Below, piece by piece: positions 38,337 through 47,120 of a DNA stretch of 51,156 nucleotides. The DNA comes from Nanobdellota archaeon (GTDB taxonomy: Archaea > Nanobdellota > Nanobdellia > Pacearchaeales > GW2011-AR1). The position numbers and the translations under genes are program-made. The notes below the pieces were generated by a model that was not told the DNA's origin, did not search any database, and worked only from the letters and a program-made list of their open reading frames with translations. How positions within the stretch are numbered: position 1 is the first letter of the stretch; every line of letters begins with the position of its first letter. The stretch spans positions 1 to 51,156 of the forward strand of contig JBBSYO010000017.1 in the NCBI GenBank assembly GCA_038045185.1. The letters run 5' to 3'.

Positions 38337-38559
38337 ATGTCACGAACGTTAAAACCTTGTCCTTTAGGACAAGGCGTTCGTGAGCACAAGAGAATTGATT
38401 AAACGTTTCAATTCTCTGTGCAGCAAATCGTGTTCGATTTGCTTGCATCCAAAAGTCCACACAAACCTCGGCTCATCAAGAATCTCAATTCTTGACTGCC
38501 ATCAAGAACCATAGGTTCTTGAGGTTTAAGCCGAGGTGAACTCAAGGACTTTTTGATAT
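38337..38559. mobile_element. composite nested-hairpin array (family B plus the module shared with 1612-1684)
   Basis: At least eight stems, including TCACGAACG/CGTTCGTGA, CCTTGTCC/GGACAAGG, AGCAAATCG/CGATTTGCT, CAAAAGTCC/GGACTTTTTG, CCTCGGC/GCCGAGG and TCAAGAA/TTCTTGA twice. Confidence 0.88.
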
Positions 38560-38670
38560 AAATTATGCGTTTGCTATTTTTAAGTGAATCGCTATATAAG
38601 TATTGAGATAGGTGAATGATTGTGTTTGAGATTCGTATGAGTATTTAATGAAAAATATCTCCTGTATAAT

Positions 38671-38835
38671 ATGGAACAAGTGTTACAGCTGATGCCTGCG
38701 CGGTGCAGTTGGTGCGGGATCTTGTTCGACCTCAGCTATGACCTGGGTGAGACGAACAGCGAGCGCTTTAACGAAGCGCTTTCTGCCCTGACCGCACGGC
38801 GGAAACGAATGTTATGTTGGAAATGCCGAGAGTAA
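38671..38835 (+). CDS. 54 aa Zn-finger microprotein
   Basis: MEQVLQLMPARCSWCGILFDLSYDL..MLCWKCRE with two CxxC pairs. TATA-like TATTTAA about 28 bp upstream and a T-rich tract after. Confidence 0.7.
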   Translation: MEQVLQLMPARCSWCGILFDLSYDLGETNSERFNEALSALTARRKRMLCWKCRE

Positions 38836-38915
38836 ACGAATTATTGCGTTTCTCTCTTTTCTTTTTTTATTTTGGTTAGAGGTAACTTTATTAATGCCTT
38901 ATTTTTTGGTCATGC

Positions 38916-39692
38916 ATGAATGAGTTTTTTGCCCAGATTATTTTGGCCATAGTTCAGGGTCTCGCGGAGTGGTTTCCGATATCCAGCTCAAGCCATCTCG
39001 TGCTTGTTTCCAAGCTTCTGGAATATAATAACACCTTGCAGTTTGACATTGCTCTGCATTTTGGCACATTGATGGCTGTGTTTGCTTATTTCAGCAGAGA
39101 TATAACTGAAATTCTGCGCGAGCTTTTGCGATTGAAGTTTAATACTGAAAACGGAAGGCTTGGCTTGTTTTTGATTGTCGCCTCTGTTCCTGCTGTCTTG
39201 CTTGGATTTTTGCTTAGAAATGTCGCAGAGCAGAGTGTTGGTGACCTGCGCCTTATATCTCTTGGATTGGGCGTTACAGGCATATTTTTGCTGATTGCCT
39301 CTCTTAATTATAAATTCAGCAACAAGGGCAAATTTAGTTATAAGACTGCTTTTATCATAGGAATTGTGCAGGCGTTTTCCATTTTTAGGGGGATTTCCAG
39401 GACTGGCTCAACTGTCGGTTCTGGTCTTCTTCTTGGATTGAATGAAAAGACAGCTGTTAAGTTCTCATTTTTGCTTTCCATGCCGATAGTTTTCGGAGCC
39501 AGCGTTCTTTCTTTAGGGAACAGCCCTATCCCCAAGAGTTATTTTTTGGCGACGTTGGTTTCTTTTGCTGTTGGGCTTTGCACGATACATTTATCTTACA
39601 AATATGTTCTTAGAAACAGGAAGAATTTAAGATGGTTCGGGATTTATGTGCTTGTACTTGCCTTGGTTTTGACGCTGTGGAACGCTTTATAA
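38916..39692 (+). CDS. uppP: undecaprenyl-diphosphate phosphatase (BacA family)
   Basis: QGLAEWFPISSSSHL, LHFGTL and GISRTGST motifs. Confidence 0.92.
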   Translation: MNEFFAQIILAIVQGLAEWFPISSSSHLVLVSKLLEYNNTLQFDIALHFGTLMAVFAYFSRDITEILRELLRLKFNTENGRLGLFLIVASVPAVLLGFLLRNVAEQSVGDLRLISLGLGVTGIFLLIASLNYKFSNKGKFSYKTAFIIGIVQAFSIFRGISRTGSTVGSGLLLGLNEKTAVKFSFLLSMPIVFGASVLSLGNSPIPKSYFLATLVSFAVGLCTIHLSYKYVLRNRKNLRWFGIYVLVLALVLTLWNAL

Positions 39693-39762
39693 CGCAGGAC
39701 TGAAATTTTCTACTTTTCTTTTCAGTTCCGCGAATATAGCAACAGACCTCTTTGGTAGAATA

Positions 39763-41919
39763 TTAAAGTCTGTTGCTATAGGATAGGGCTTCTACAACTG
39801 CTTTAATTCTTCTCACGCCTGCAGCGACTGATTCTTCCTTGATGATTCTGAATGTGCCGATTTCTTTGGTGTTTTTTACATGCGGACCAGTGCAGATTTC
39901 CTTGCTGAACCACCCTTTTTTTTCTGCAGGGTCTTTTACTGTGTAAGTAGAGACTTTGTCAGGATATTTGTGGCCGAATTCTGCCTGTGCTCCCGCGGAT
40001 ATTGCGTTTTTGAATGCGACTTCTTCGCGGACGACTTCGAGGCGCGCATTTATTTTTCTGTTGACCAGCGATTCTATTTGCGCTATTTCTTTATCTGTTA
40101 ATTTTCTGGAAAAATTAAAGTCGAATCTCAATCTTTCTGGAGTGATATTAGAACCTTTTTGCTTCACTTCACTTCCTAAAACTCTTCTCAATGCTTCGTT
40201 TAAAAGATGAGTTGCGGTGTGGAGCCTTGTTGTTTTCTCCGAGTTGTCTGCGAGGCCTGAGCTGAATGAGCCTGCCGAGGTTGTTTTTGAAAGCTCCTGA
40301 TGTTTTTTGTATGCTTCTTCAAAACCGATGACGTCTACTTTTATTTTTTTCGCTTGGGCAAGCTCAACGGTCATCTCGAGAGGAAAACCGTGGCTTTGGA
40401 ATAGGAGAAATGCTTCTGTGCCTGAGATTTGCTTGTTTGAACTTACGCGTTCGAATTCCTTCAAGCCTGTAGAAAGTGTTTTCTCGAACTTGTTTTCTTC
40501 TGCGGAGAGAATGTTTTCTATGAACTTTCTTTTTTCTTTCAGTTCTGAATAATCCGCATACGTGTCGATGACTGTTTCGGCTAGTGTTTTTGTTAAAGGC
40601 TTGTCTACATTAATGTTTAATTTTCTGCTATAAACTATGGCGCGGCGTATGAGCCTGCGAAGCACATATCCGCGTTCGACATTGCTCGGCACTACGCCAT
40701 CTGCAATCATCATTATGGCTGCGCGGAGATGGTCTGCCACGATGCGCATTTCTTTTTCATGGTTCTGATATTCCTTGTTTGACATTTGTTCGATTACTTC
40801 AATAAGTGGTGCGAATGAGGATGTTTCGTAGTTGTCTTTCAGGTTGTTGATGGCGGCAAGCGTGCGCTCAACGCCCATGCCTGTGTCAACATTGCGCTGT
40901 TTTGAGGGAATAAACTTGTATAAATTATTCTCTATCCACTTTTTGATTTGCTTATTATCTTCGTATAATTCTGAAGCAATTCCCAATTTTCCTGCTGATT
41001 CTATGTTCTCTTTTTTATGATCAAAATAAATTACTTCCCGAGGCTGAAGGTTATATTTCTTCAGAAGCTGCTTGAAATAATCTGGATTTGCTTTATCTGG
41101 AATTTTTAACAAACTGAATATCTTAAAATTATATCTTCCAAGTTTTGATTTTATTTCATTTGGATTTGCATTAGTCACAACAATTATTTCCCTCTCTGTG
41201 GATTCAAGTGCTTTAGCCAACCCCTCATTTAATTTTCCTTCTTTGTCAATTAATGTGTTGATAGCGTCCACTAATACTGCTTTAATTTGCACTTTTTCAT
41301 ATTCCATGAAAACATTGTTCCAGATTTCCACCCAACGGCTGTCTTTTGGGTCGAACTTTTTTGGAGGGGTGTCTGATGAGCTCCAATAAAACATCTCTGT
41401 GTCTGGACCGCACGGGCCTGTCCGACCTGCAGGACCCCACCAATTATTATTTTTTGGCAGGAAGGCGATACGTTCTTTTGGAATGCCGAGTGCTAACCAT
41501 GCTTTTTCTGATTCTGTGTCTTTAGGCGCGTCATTATCGCCTGCGAAACAACTGACAGCGAGCTTTTCTATTGGCAGTTTGAGTATTTTTGTAAGGAACT
41601 CGAGGGAATACGAGATTGCTTCTTTTTTCCAGTAATCTCCAAGGGACCAGTTGCCCAGCATCTCGAAGAAAGTATGATGCGCGGCATCGCCCACTTCTTC
41701 TATGTCGCCTGTGCGGACGCATTTTTGCACATTTGCGAGGCGCTTTCCTGAAGGGTGTTTTTCGCCGAGGAGAAAGGGGACAAGGGGATGCATGCCTGCT
41801 GTGGTAAATAATACTGTTGGGTCATTTGCAGGAATGAGCGAAGCCGAAGGAATTATTTTGTGCTGCTTTGAGCTGAAGAATGCAAGATATTTTTCTATCA
41901 ACTGCTGCCTGGTTATCAT
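39763..41919 (-). CDS. alaS: alanine--tRNA ligase (short form, no C-Ala) with inserted HAD-like domain
   Basis: FTTAGM, HHTFFEMLGNWS, GPCGP, EIWNNVFM and DTGMGVER motifs, plus editing motif HTATH..CTGPH. Insert LVDAINTL..VTN..K..YFDH. Confidence 0.95.
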   Translation of the reverse strand: MITRQQLIEKYLAFFSSKQHKIIPSASLIPANDPTVLFTTAGMHPLVPFLLGEKHPSGKRLANVQKCVRTGDIEEVGDAAHHTFFEMLGNWSLGDYWKKEAISYSLEFLTKILKLPIEKLAVSCFAGDNDAPKDTESEKAWLALGIPKERIAFLPKNNNWWGPAGRTGPCGPDTEMFYWSSSDTPPKKFDPKDSRWVEIWNNVFMEYEKVQIKAVLVDAINTLIDKEGKLNEGLAKALESTEREIIVVTNANPNEIKSKLGRYNFKIFSLLKIPDKANPDYFKQLLKKYNLQPREVIYFDHKKENIESAGKLGIASELYEDNKQIKKWIENNLYKFIPSKQRNVDTGMGVERTLAAINNLKDNYETSSFAPLIEVIEQMSNKEYQNHEKEMRIVADHLRAAIMMIADGVVPSNVERGYVLRRLIRRAIVYSRKLNINVDKPLTKTLAETVIDTYADYSELKEKRKFIENILSAEENKFEKTLSTGLKEFERVSSNKQISGTEAFLLFQSHGFPLEMTVELAQAKKIKVDVIGFEEAYKKHQELSKTTSAGSFSSGLADNSEKTTRLHTATHLLNEALRRVLGSEVKQKGSNITPERLRFDFNFSRKLTDKEIAQIESLVNRKINARLEVVREEVAFKNAISAGAQAEFGHKYPDKVSTYTVKDPAEKKGWFSKEICTGPHVKNTKEIGTFRIIKEESVAAGVRRIKAVVEALSYSNRL

Positions 41920-41981
41920 ACCAGAAAATCACGGCAGAGCTATTTAATAATTGCTATTGCAGTGTATTGTTAACTTATAGT

Positions 41982-42068
41982 GATGGAAATTAATTTTCGG
42001 AGTTATTCGTTTTCCATCTCTATCTATGAAAGGAACGGAAGTTTTCCGATTTTTAATTTCCTTTCATA
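41982..42068. repeat. two tandem hairpins
   Basis: GATGGAAA/TTTCCATC and TATGAAAGGAA/TTCCTTTCATA. Confidence 0.6.
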
Positions 42069-42117
42069 TAACTGGTGCTCTGGAAAAGATTAAAAGGTTT
42101 ATTTTTCATTGATTTTC

Positions 42118-43539
42118 ATGGATTATAAGGAATTATTGGAGGAAGTAAAAAACCCTGAAAAAGAAGTTTGCGAGCTTAAAACTAGTTTTAACGAATGGGA
42201 AGCTATTGCTAAGACAATAGCTGCCTTCTCAACTAAGAGAGGCGGCAAAATATTTATCGGTATAGATAAAAGAGGGGTTCCTTGTGGTACGGTTTGCTCA
42301 AATGAAATTAGTGGAAAAATACAAACCTTAGCGAACAACGAGATAAAACCCGCTGCAAACGTTTCATTAGAGAAGGTAAATCACGATTCTGAAAAAGGTC
42401 AAGTAATTGCATGTATTAATGTTAAAAAAGGAAATGGAGTTTATTCATATAAAGGCGTACACTATGAACGAAGAGGGGATACAAATCACCCACTAACTGC
42501 TGATGAAATATTTGAACTACAGAAAGCTATCAAGAAACTTTATTTTGATGAAATGCCATCATTTTCTGAAGAGAGACCTGCACTTATTTCTGACATAGAT
42601 GAGAATAAGACAGTTGCCTACGTTTCTGAAGTTAAAGGTATCTCCCAGGTTGATTTAAAAAGATTTTTAGCAAACCATGGGTTCTTAGTGAATGGTGGTC
42701 AGCAGGTAAAAAATGCGGCTGTAATGATTTTCGGAAAGAGTCCTCAGAAGTTTATTCCACAATTAAGGCTCAGCTTGGCAATTTTTAGTGATAAGATTGT
42801 TACAAGGGACTTTATAAAAAAAGAATTTGTCGGAGACATTAATGAGATTTATCAGAGTGCATTTATAGAAATAGCTAGAAGCATGAGAACCTATTCTTTT
42901 ATAGAAGGTGCAAAAAGACTCGATGTTAAAGAATATCCGATAGAAGTTATAAGGGAATGCCTAATAAATGCATTAGTACATAGAGATTATTTTGAAAAGA
43001 ATACAGAGACATTTGTCAAGATATTTTCTGACCGAATAGAAATTGTAAATCCTGCAACATTTCCATTTGAGAATACTACCTTCGACGAGATTAAAAAAAC
43101 AAAACTTTCGAAGAGAAGAAATCCACTAGTAGCAGAATATTTTGAGTCCCTTGGTCTTATGGAAAAAGAAGGGCGTGGGCTTTCTAGAATTGAAGATGGT
43201 CTGAGGGAACATGGGCTTCCGATTCCTAAGTTTGAAGTAAGTCAGAATATATTCATGGTTACTTTATATAATGCCGAAGATAAACAAAAGATAAAAAATT
43301 CCCCTCATAAAAAAGTTATTGATTACGGTATCTTAAATGCGCGACAGAGAGTCCTTGTAAATCGTTTATATAAAAATCCTAAGGACTCGGTTGGGCGTGC
43401 TGACTATATTCGTTTATTAACAGAGGCAAAAATACCTATTACAAATCCAACCGCTACACGAGACTTAGATGAGCTAACCAAAAGCAATGTACTTACAAGA
43501 ATTGGAGAGAAGAGAGGTACTAAGTATCGCTTAACCTAA
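42118..43539 (+). CDS. Schlafen/AlbA_2 + HATPase_c_4 + wHTH protein (RecG-C-like regulator or defence protein)
   Basis: ELK..AF..GG.IFIGI (AlbA_2), RE.LINALVHRDY..DRIEI.NP..RNP..E..GRG, and TATRDL..L. AT-rich. Confidence 0.88.
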   Translation: MDYKELLEEVKNPEKEVCELKTSFNEWEAIAKTIAAFSTKRGGKIFIGIDKRGVPCGTVCSNEISGKIQTLANNEIKPAANVSLEKVNHDSEKGQVIACINVKKGNGVYSYKGVHYERRGDTNHPLTADEIFELQKAIKKLYFDEMPSFSEERPALISDIDENKTVAYVSEVKGISQVDLKRFLANHGFLVNGGQQVKNAAVMIFGKSPQKFIPQLRLSLAIFSDKIVTRDFIKKEFVGDINEIYQSAFIEIARSMRTYSFIEGAKRLDVKEYPIEVIRECLINALVHRDYFEKNTETFVKIFSDRIEIVNPATFPFENTTFDEIKKTKLSKRRNPLVAEYFESLGLMEKEGRGLSRIEDGLREHGLPIPKFEVSQNIFMVTLYNAEDKQKIKNSPHKKVIDYGILNARQRVLVNRLYKNPKDSVGRADYIRLLTEAKIPITNPTATRDLDELTKSNVLTRIGEKRGTKYRLT

Positions 43540-43572
43540 ATGATGCTTAAATGATGCTTAAATGATGCTTAA
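43537..43572 (+). repeat. 11-bp tandem repeat x3
   Basis: (TAAATGATGCT)3TAA starting at the AlbA gene stop codon. Confidence 0.95.
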
Positions 43573-43606
43573 CTTTTATTCATATTCAATTTCACCAAAC
43601 CGAACC

Positions 43607-43719
43607 AAATGCAATAACTGTCATTACGAGTGGCTACCTCGTTCTGCAAAAGAAAACCCCTTATCTGTCCGAAGTGCAAGTTAGCACGATGGGATAAAGA
43701 GCCTAAAAAGAAGCACTAA
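43607..43719 (+). pseudogene. frameshifted Zn-ribbon microprotein remnant
   Basis: KCNNCHYEWLPRS, then in the -1 frame KRKPLICPKCKLARWDKEPKKKH*. Confidence 0.55.
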
Positions 43720-43760
43720 ATTTTTTTGATGAGTTTAACGCCCGCTAACTTAACAATGCA

Positions 43761-44084
43761 CTATTGCAGGCGTTCGAGCTTGCGTTTTATCTCGTTGATT
43801 TCCGACTCAAGGTCTGAACGTTTCTTGCCTATAACCCCTGTTTTTGCTTTTTGGAGTTCAGAGGGCTGGTGTCGCATGCGCGGCAGAGCACGGTCAATTA
43901 TTTTAAGCTCTTCATGGAGTTCAGAAACCTTTCTTCTGAGCGCGCCCTTTAGCATGATTTCTCTTCTTCTGAGCTGCTTGAATGCCTGATAACGTTTTGC
44001 AATAGTTAGAATTTCTATCTGACTTTGCAGAAGCGTTTTCTGCGCGTATTTTTGCTCTTCGGGATTGATTTTTATATATTCCAT
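43761..44084 (-). CDS. hypothetical coiled-coil protein
   Basis: Clean ORF ending LESEINEIKRKLERLQ, in an operon with 44090-44656. Confidence 0.8.
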   Translation of the reverse strand: MEYIKINPEEQKYAQKTLLQSQIEILTIAKRYQAFKQLRRREIMLKGALRRKVSELHEELKIIDRALPRMRHQPSELQKAKTGVIGKKRSDLESEINEIKRKLERLQ

Positions 44085-44089
44085 CTAAA

Positions 44090-44656
44090 TTAGTAGTCTG
44101 TTTTGTCGAAGAGTTCGGTCATGACTGTTTGGATGCGTGCCTTGATTGTTTCCATTTCAGTTTCCCAGGACGATAACTCCTGATCCTCCCGGGCTTTCAC
44201 ATCGCGTATTTGCTTGAGAAGCTCTTCTATTTCGCTTAGTTTTCCTTTTACGCTGTCAAGCGCGCTCAAGGCGATTTGATATTTATCAACGCGGACGAAG
44301 ATGGGCTTGCTGTCGCGCGATTCTGAACGTGCTGGCGGGGATGTGGACAATCTGGCGTCGGGCTTCCACTCCTCTATCTCAACGAGTTTGTAATTATTTT
44401 CTGGACGATCTTTCATTTTGCCTGGGAATTCAGGCAATTCTTCGCTTATCTCTTCCTGCGCCACAGCTTCCTTAATTGCGCTCTGGCTGAAGCCACTACG
44501 CATTGGAGAATCAGGAAATGCAGGCAATTCGTGAATTTCAGATTCTTCATCTAAGTCGTCTTTCGGTGCTGAGACTATTGGATAACGCAGAGGTATTGAA
44601 GCGTTGTATGGAAGGTCAGGCAGACGGTTATCTTTCTTTTTTTTGTCCCAGAACAT
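44090..44656 (-). CDS. hypothetical protein (Pro/acidic N-terminus, coiled-coil C-terminus)
   Basis: PIFVRVDKY..E..EL..WE.E motif in a clean ORF. Confidence 0.8.
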   Translation of the reverse strand: MFWDKKKKDNRLPDLPYNASIPLRYPIVSAPKDDLDEESEIHELPAFPDSPMRSGFSQSAIKEAVAQEEISEELPEFPGKMKDRPENNYKLVEIEEWKPDARLSTSPPARSESRDSKPIFVRVDKYQIALSALDSVKGKLSEIEELLKQIRDVKAREDQELSSWETEMETIKARIQTVMTELFDKTDY

Positions 44657-44756
44657 CTATCTTAAACCAGAAGTTGATTTTTATAGGTTTAGATGCACTT
44701 TATAATGGTAACAGTTCTTTAGAAAGGTTTTTATTGCTCCCTTAGCAAAAATCGTT

Positions 44757-45482
44757 ATGCCCTCTCGTAAACGCGTCTCTTCTCCTGCTGACAAAGAACT
44801 CGTTATTTTGTTAAAAGATGTTGTTGCGTCTATTGCAAGCGTGGCTGCTGTTGGTCTGGTAGATTTGCTCTACGGAAAGAAAAATGTGAATGAGTTTCTT
44901 ATTGCTAAAAAATTAAATCTCAATATCAATCAAACCCGCAATATTCTGTATAAATTAGTTGATGAGGGGCTTGTTAGTTTTATTCGCAAGAAAGACAGCA
45001 AGAACGGCGGATGGTATACTTATTACTGGACTCTTGATAGTTCTAAATCTATTGCGAATTTGCGCAATACTCTCTTAAAGGATATGCAGCATCTTGAGCA
45101 GAAGCTTGGAGAGCGCAAACATCAGCGGTTTTATTACTGCCCTAATTGCGACCTTGAGATGGACGAAGAAAACGCATTGCTTAATAATTTTACCTGCACT
45201 GAATGCGGCGAGGTTCTGACGCTGCGTGATAACACGCTCTTGGTACAGCAATTTGAAGGACAGATTGCGAAACGCAAGCATCAGCTTGTGGGTGTTGACA
45301 TGCAGCTTGGTGCACTCAACGCGAAACATAGTGCATTACGACAACGTGCGCTTAAGGCAGATGTTAGGCGCAAGAAAGAACAGCGCGCGCTTAAGCGCAA
45401 GGCGACGGCGGCGGCAAAGAAGGTTTCCCTGAAGAGTTCTCGGCGCCCGAAGAAAGCGAGCCGCAGCCGAACGCGCGCATGA
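44757..45482 (+). CDS. tfe: transcription factor E alpha
   Basis: Winged helix (NEFLIA..RNILYKL..GWYTYYW) plus CPNC..CTECG Zn ribbon. Confidence 0.92.
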   Translation: MPSRKRVSSPADKELVILLKDVVASIASVAAVGLVDLLYGKKNVNEFLIAKKLNLNINQTRNILYKLVDEGLVSFIRKKDSKNGGWYTYYWTLDSSKSIANLRNTLLKDMQHLEQKLGERKHQRFYYCPNCDLEMDEENALLNNFTCTECGEVLTLRDNTLLVQQFEGQIAKRKHQLVGVDMQLGALNAKHSALRQRALKADVRRKKEQRALKRKATAAAKKVSLKSSRRPKKASRSRTRA

Positions 45483-46312
45483 AACGGTCAACGCATGGAC
45501 ATTTTTCTCCTTTAAGATGGAGCCTTACGGGCTGGATTATTGCAGTTACTGTTGCAGCTTCGGTTTTATTTTGGAGCGTTGCTGAATTTCTGCCTGCGCT
45601 CGCTTCATATTTAGCGCTAACGCCTGAGCTTTTTGTTTCGGGATATTTCTGGACCGCAGTTACGAGTATGTTCCTGCACGCAGGTGTTCTACACTTATTT
45701 GTGAATATGTTTTCACTCTTTTTTCTTGGGAAATTGGTTGAGCAAATTGTTGGTAGAAGAAGATATCTTGTTTTTTATCTTGCCGCGGGAATTGTCGGAG
45801 CGCTGTTCTTTGTCGGAGGAGCTTATTTGAGCGGTTCTGTTATTAATGGCGACCGTCTTTTTGGGACTCCGCTTACTCCTGCTGTTGGGGCAAGCGGAGC
45901 CTTATTTGGGCTTCTTGGTTTGCTGGCAGTGCTTATACCGCGCCAGCGCGTCTATTTGATTATTGGACCGCTTGTACTTATTGTGCTGCAAGTTATTCTT
46001 GGAAGGTTTATCCCTGAATCTTTGCAGGGAATATTTGCTTTGTTGGTAAGCTTTTTGTTTATTTTCATGATTATTGGCATGTTTTCTTCTAACTCTGTGA
46101 TGAAAAAAATTGCGCTGCCAATGGATTTGCCGTTATGGTTGGCTCCAGTCGTGGCTATTGTGCCTCTTTCTGTCATTAGTTTTTTTGTTGAACTGCCGAT
46201 AGGTAACACGGCACACTTTGGGGGCTTGATTGCGGGATTGGTTTATGGGACTTTTTTGCGGAGAAGATATGCGCGTAAAGTCGCTCTTCTCAACAGGATG
46301 TTTAAACGATGA
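45479..46312 (+). CDS. rhomboid family intramembrane serine protease
   Basis: HLFVNM, GASG and AHFGG motifs. Confidence 0.93.
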   Translation: MKRSTHGHFSPLRWSLTGWIIAVTVAASVLFWSVAEFLPALASYLALTPELFVSGYFWTAVTSMFLHAGVLHLFVNMFSLFFLGKLVEQIVGRRRYLVFYLAAGIVGALFFVGGAYLSGSVINGDRLFGTPLTPAVGASGALFGLLGLLAVLIPRQRVYLIIGPLVLIVLQVILGRFIPESLQGIFALLVSFLFIFMIIGMFSSNSVMKKIALPMDLPLWLAPVVAIVPLSVISFFVELPIGNTAHFGGLIAGLVYGTFLRRRYARKVALLNRMFKR

Positions 46313-46324
46313 AGCGACGAAATA

Positions 46325-46416
46325 CAGAGAATTTGGGACAAAGAGCAATCCAATTATCAAATTCTCTGTCTGGACAATTCGAATGAACCGCAAAATCATC
46401 AACCGAATTCTCCATA
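46325..46416. mobile_element. TA-flanked double-hairpin element (family A) inserted in the 5' end of the spoIIM-like gene
   Basis: Homologous to 26397-26489 with the first loop inverted. Its removal restores MKRRNKRYRLMHDSW from the ATG at 46309. Confidence 0.88.
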
Positions 46417-46979
46417 AGCGATATCGGCTCATGCATGATTCGTGGGCATACTTAAAGACCTCGTGGGGATTTGTTCTGGCAAGTTTTTTAATTTTTGCCG
46501 TGAGCGCAATTGCAGGTTTTATGCTTGTTGAGCAGCTTTCTTTTTTTGATAGTTTGCTTGCTGATATTTTTGCCAAAGTGGAAAATCTTTCGGGGCTGCC
46601 GCTTATTACATTTATATTGTATAATAACTTGCTGAGTGCGTTTTTTGGACTCTTTCTCGGAGTTTTTCTCGGTATTCCTTCTTTTTTTAACCTCCTGCTT
46701 AACGGCTCGCTTGTTGGGTATGTGCTGGCTCGTGCTGCAGAAACGCATGGGCTGGGGCTTGCTTGGCGCTTGGTGCCCCATGGCATTTTTGAGCTGCCTG
46801 CTGTCTTCATTGCCACTGGACTGGGGATGCGTCTGGGAATGAGTTTCTTTTCGCGCAACTGGAAGAAGACACTCAAAGAGCGCCTCATTGCCTCTCTCGC
46901 TGTTTTTTTAGCTATTGTAGTTCCGCTTTTGATTGTAGCTGCTTTTATTGAAGGGATTCTTATCACGCTTTCTGGTTAA
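46383..46979 (+). CDS. SpoIIM/DUF95 family membrane protein
   Basis: I.YNN..NG.LVG..PHGIFELPA..AAFIEG motifs. The present start lies inside the inserted element; the ancestral start is 46309. Confidence 0.85.
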   Translation: MNRKIINRILHKRYRLMHDSWAYLKTSWGFVLASFLIFAVSAIAGFMLVEQLSFFDSLLADIFAKVENLSGLPLITFILYNNLLSAFFGLFLGVFLGIPSFFNLLLNGSLVGYVLARAAETHGLGLAWRLVPHGIFELPAVFIATGLGMRLGMSFFSRNWKKTLKERLIASLAVFLAIVVPLLIVAAFIEGILITLSG

Positions 46980-46994
46980 ATCGGATGTCGTCTA

Positions 46995-47083
46995 TAGAGA
47001 AGTTTGCAATAATCGATAAAAGCAATAAAATGCTGCAAACTTCTCTAAGAAGGACTTTGAAAAGAAGGGTTATTCAAAGTCCT
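46995..47083. repeat. two tandem hairpins
   Basis: TAGAGAAGTTTGCA/TGCAAACTTCTCTA (14 bp perfect) and AGGACTTTGAA/TTCAAAGTCCT. Confidence 0.75.
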
Positions 47084-47120
47084 CTATAATGTTTAAAAAG
47101 TCTGTCGGGCATGAAGTGGC

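Noticed and set aside
36013-41292. aaRS insertions as inteins
   Set aside because: No Cys/Ser start or His-Asn end and no Hint motifs. The inserts carry Nudix and HAD motifs instead.
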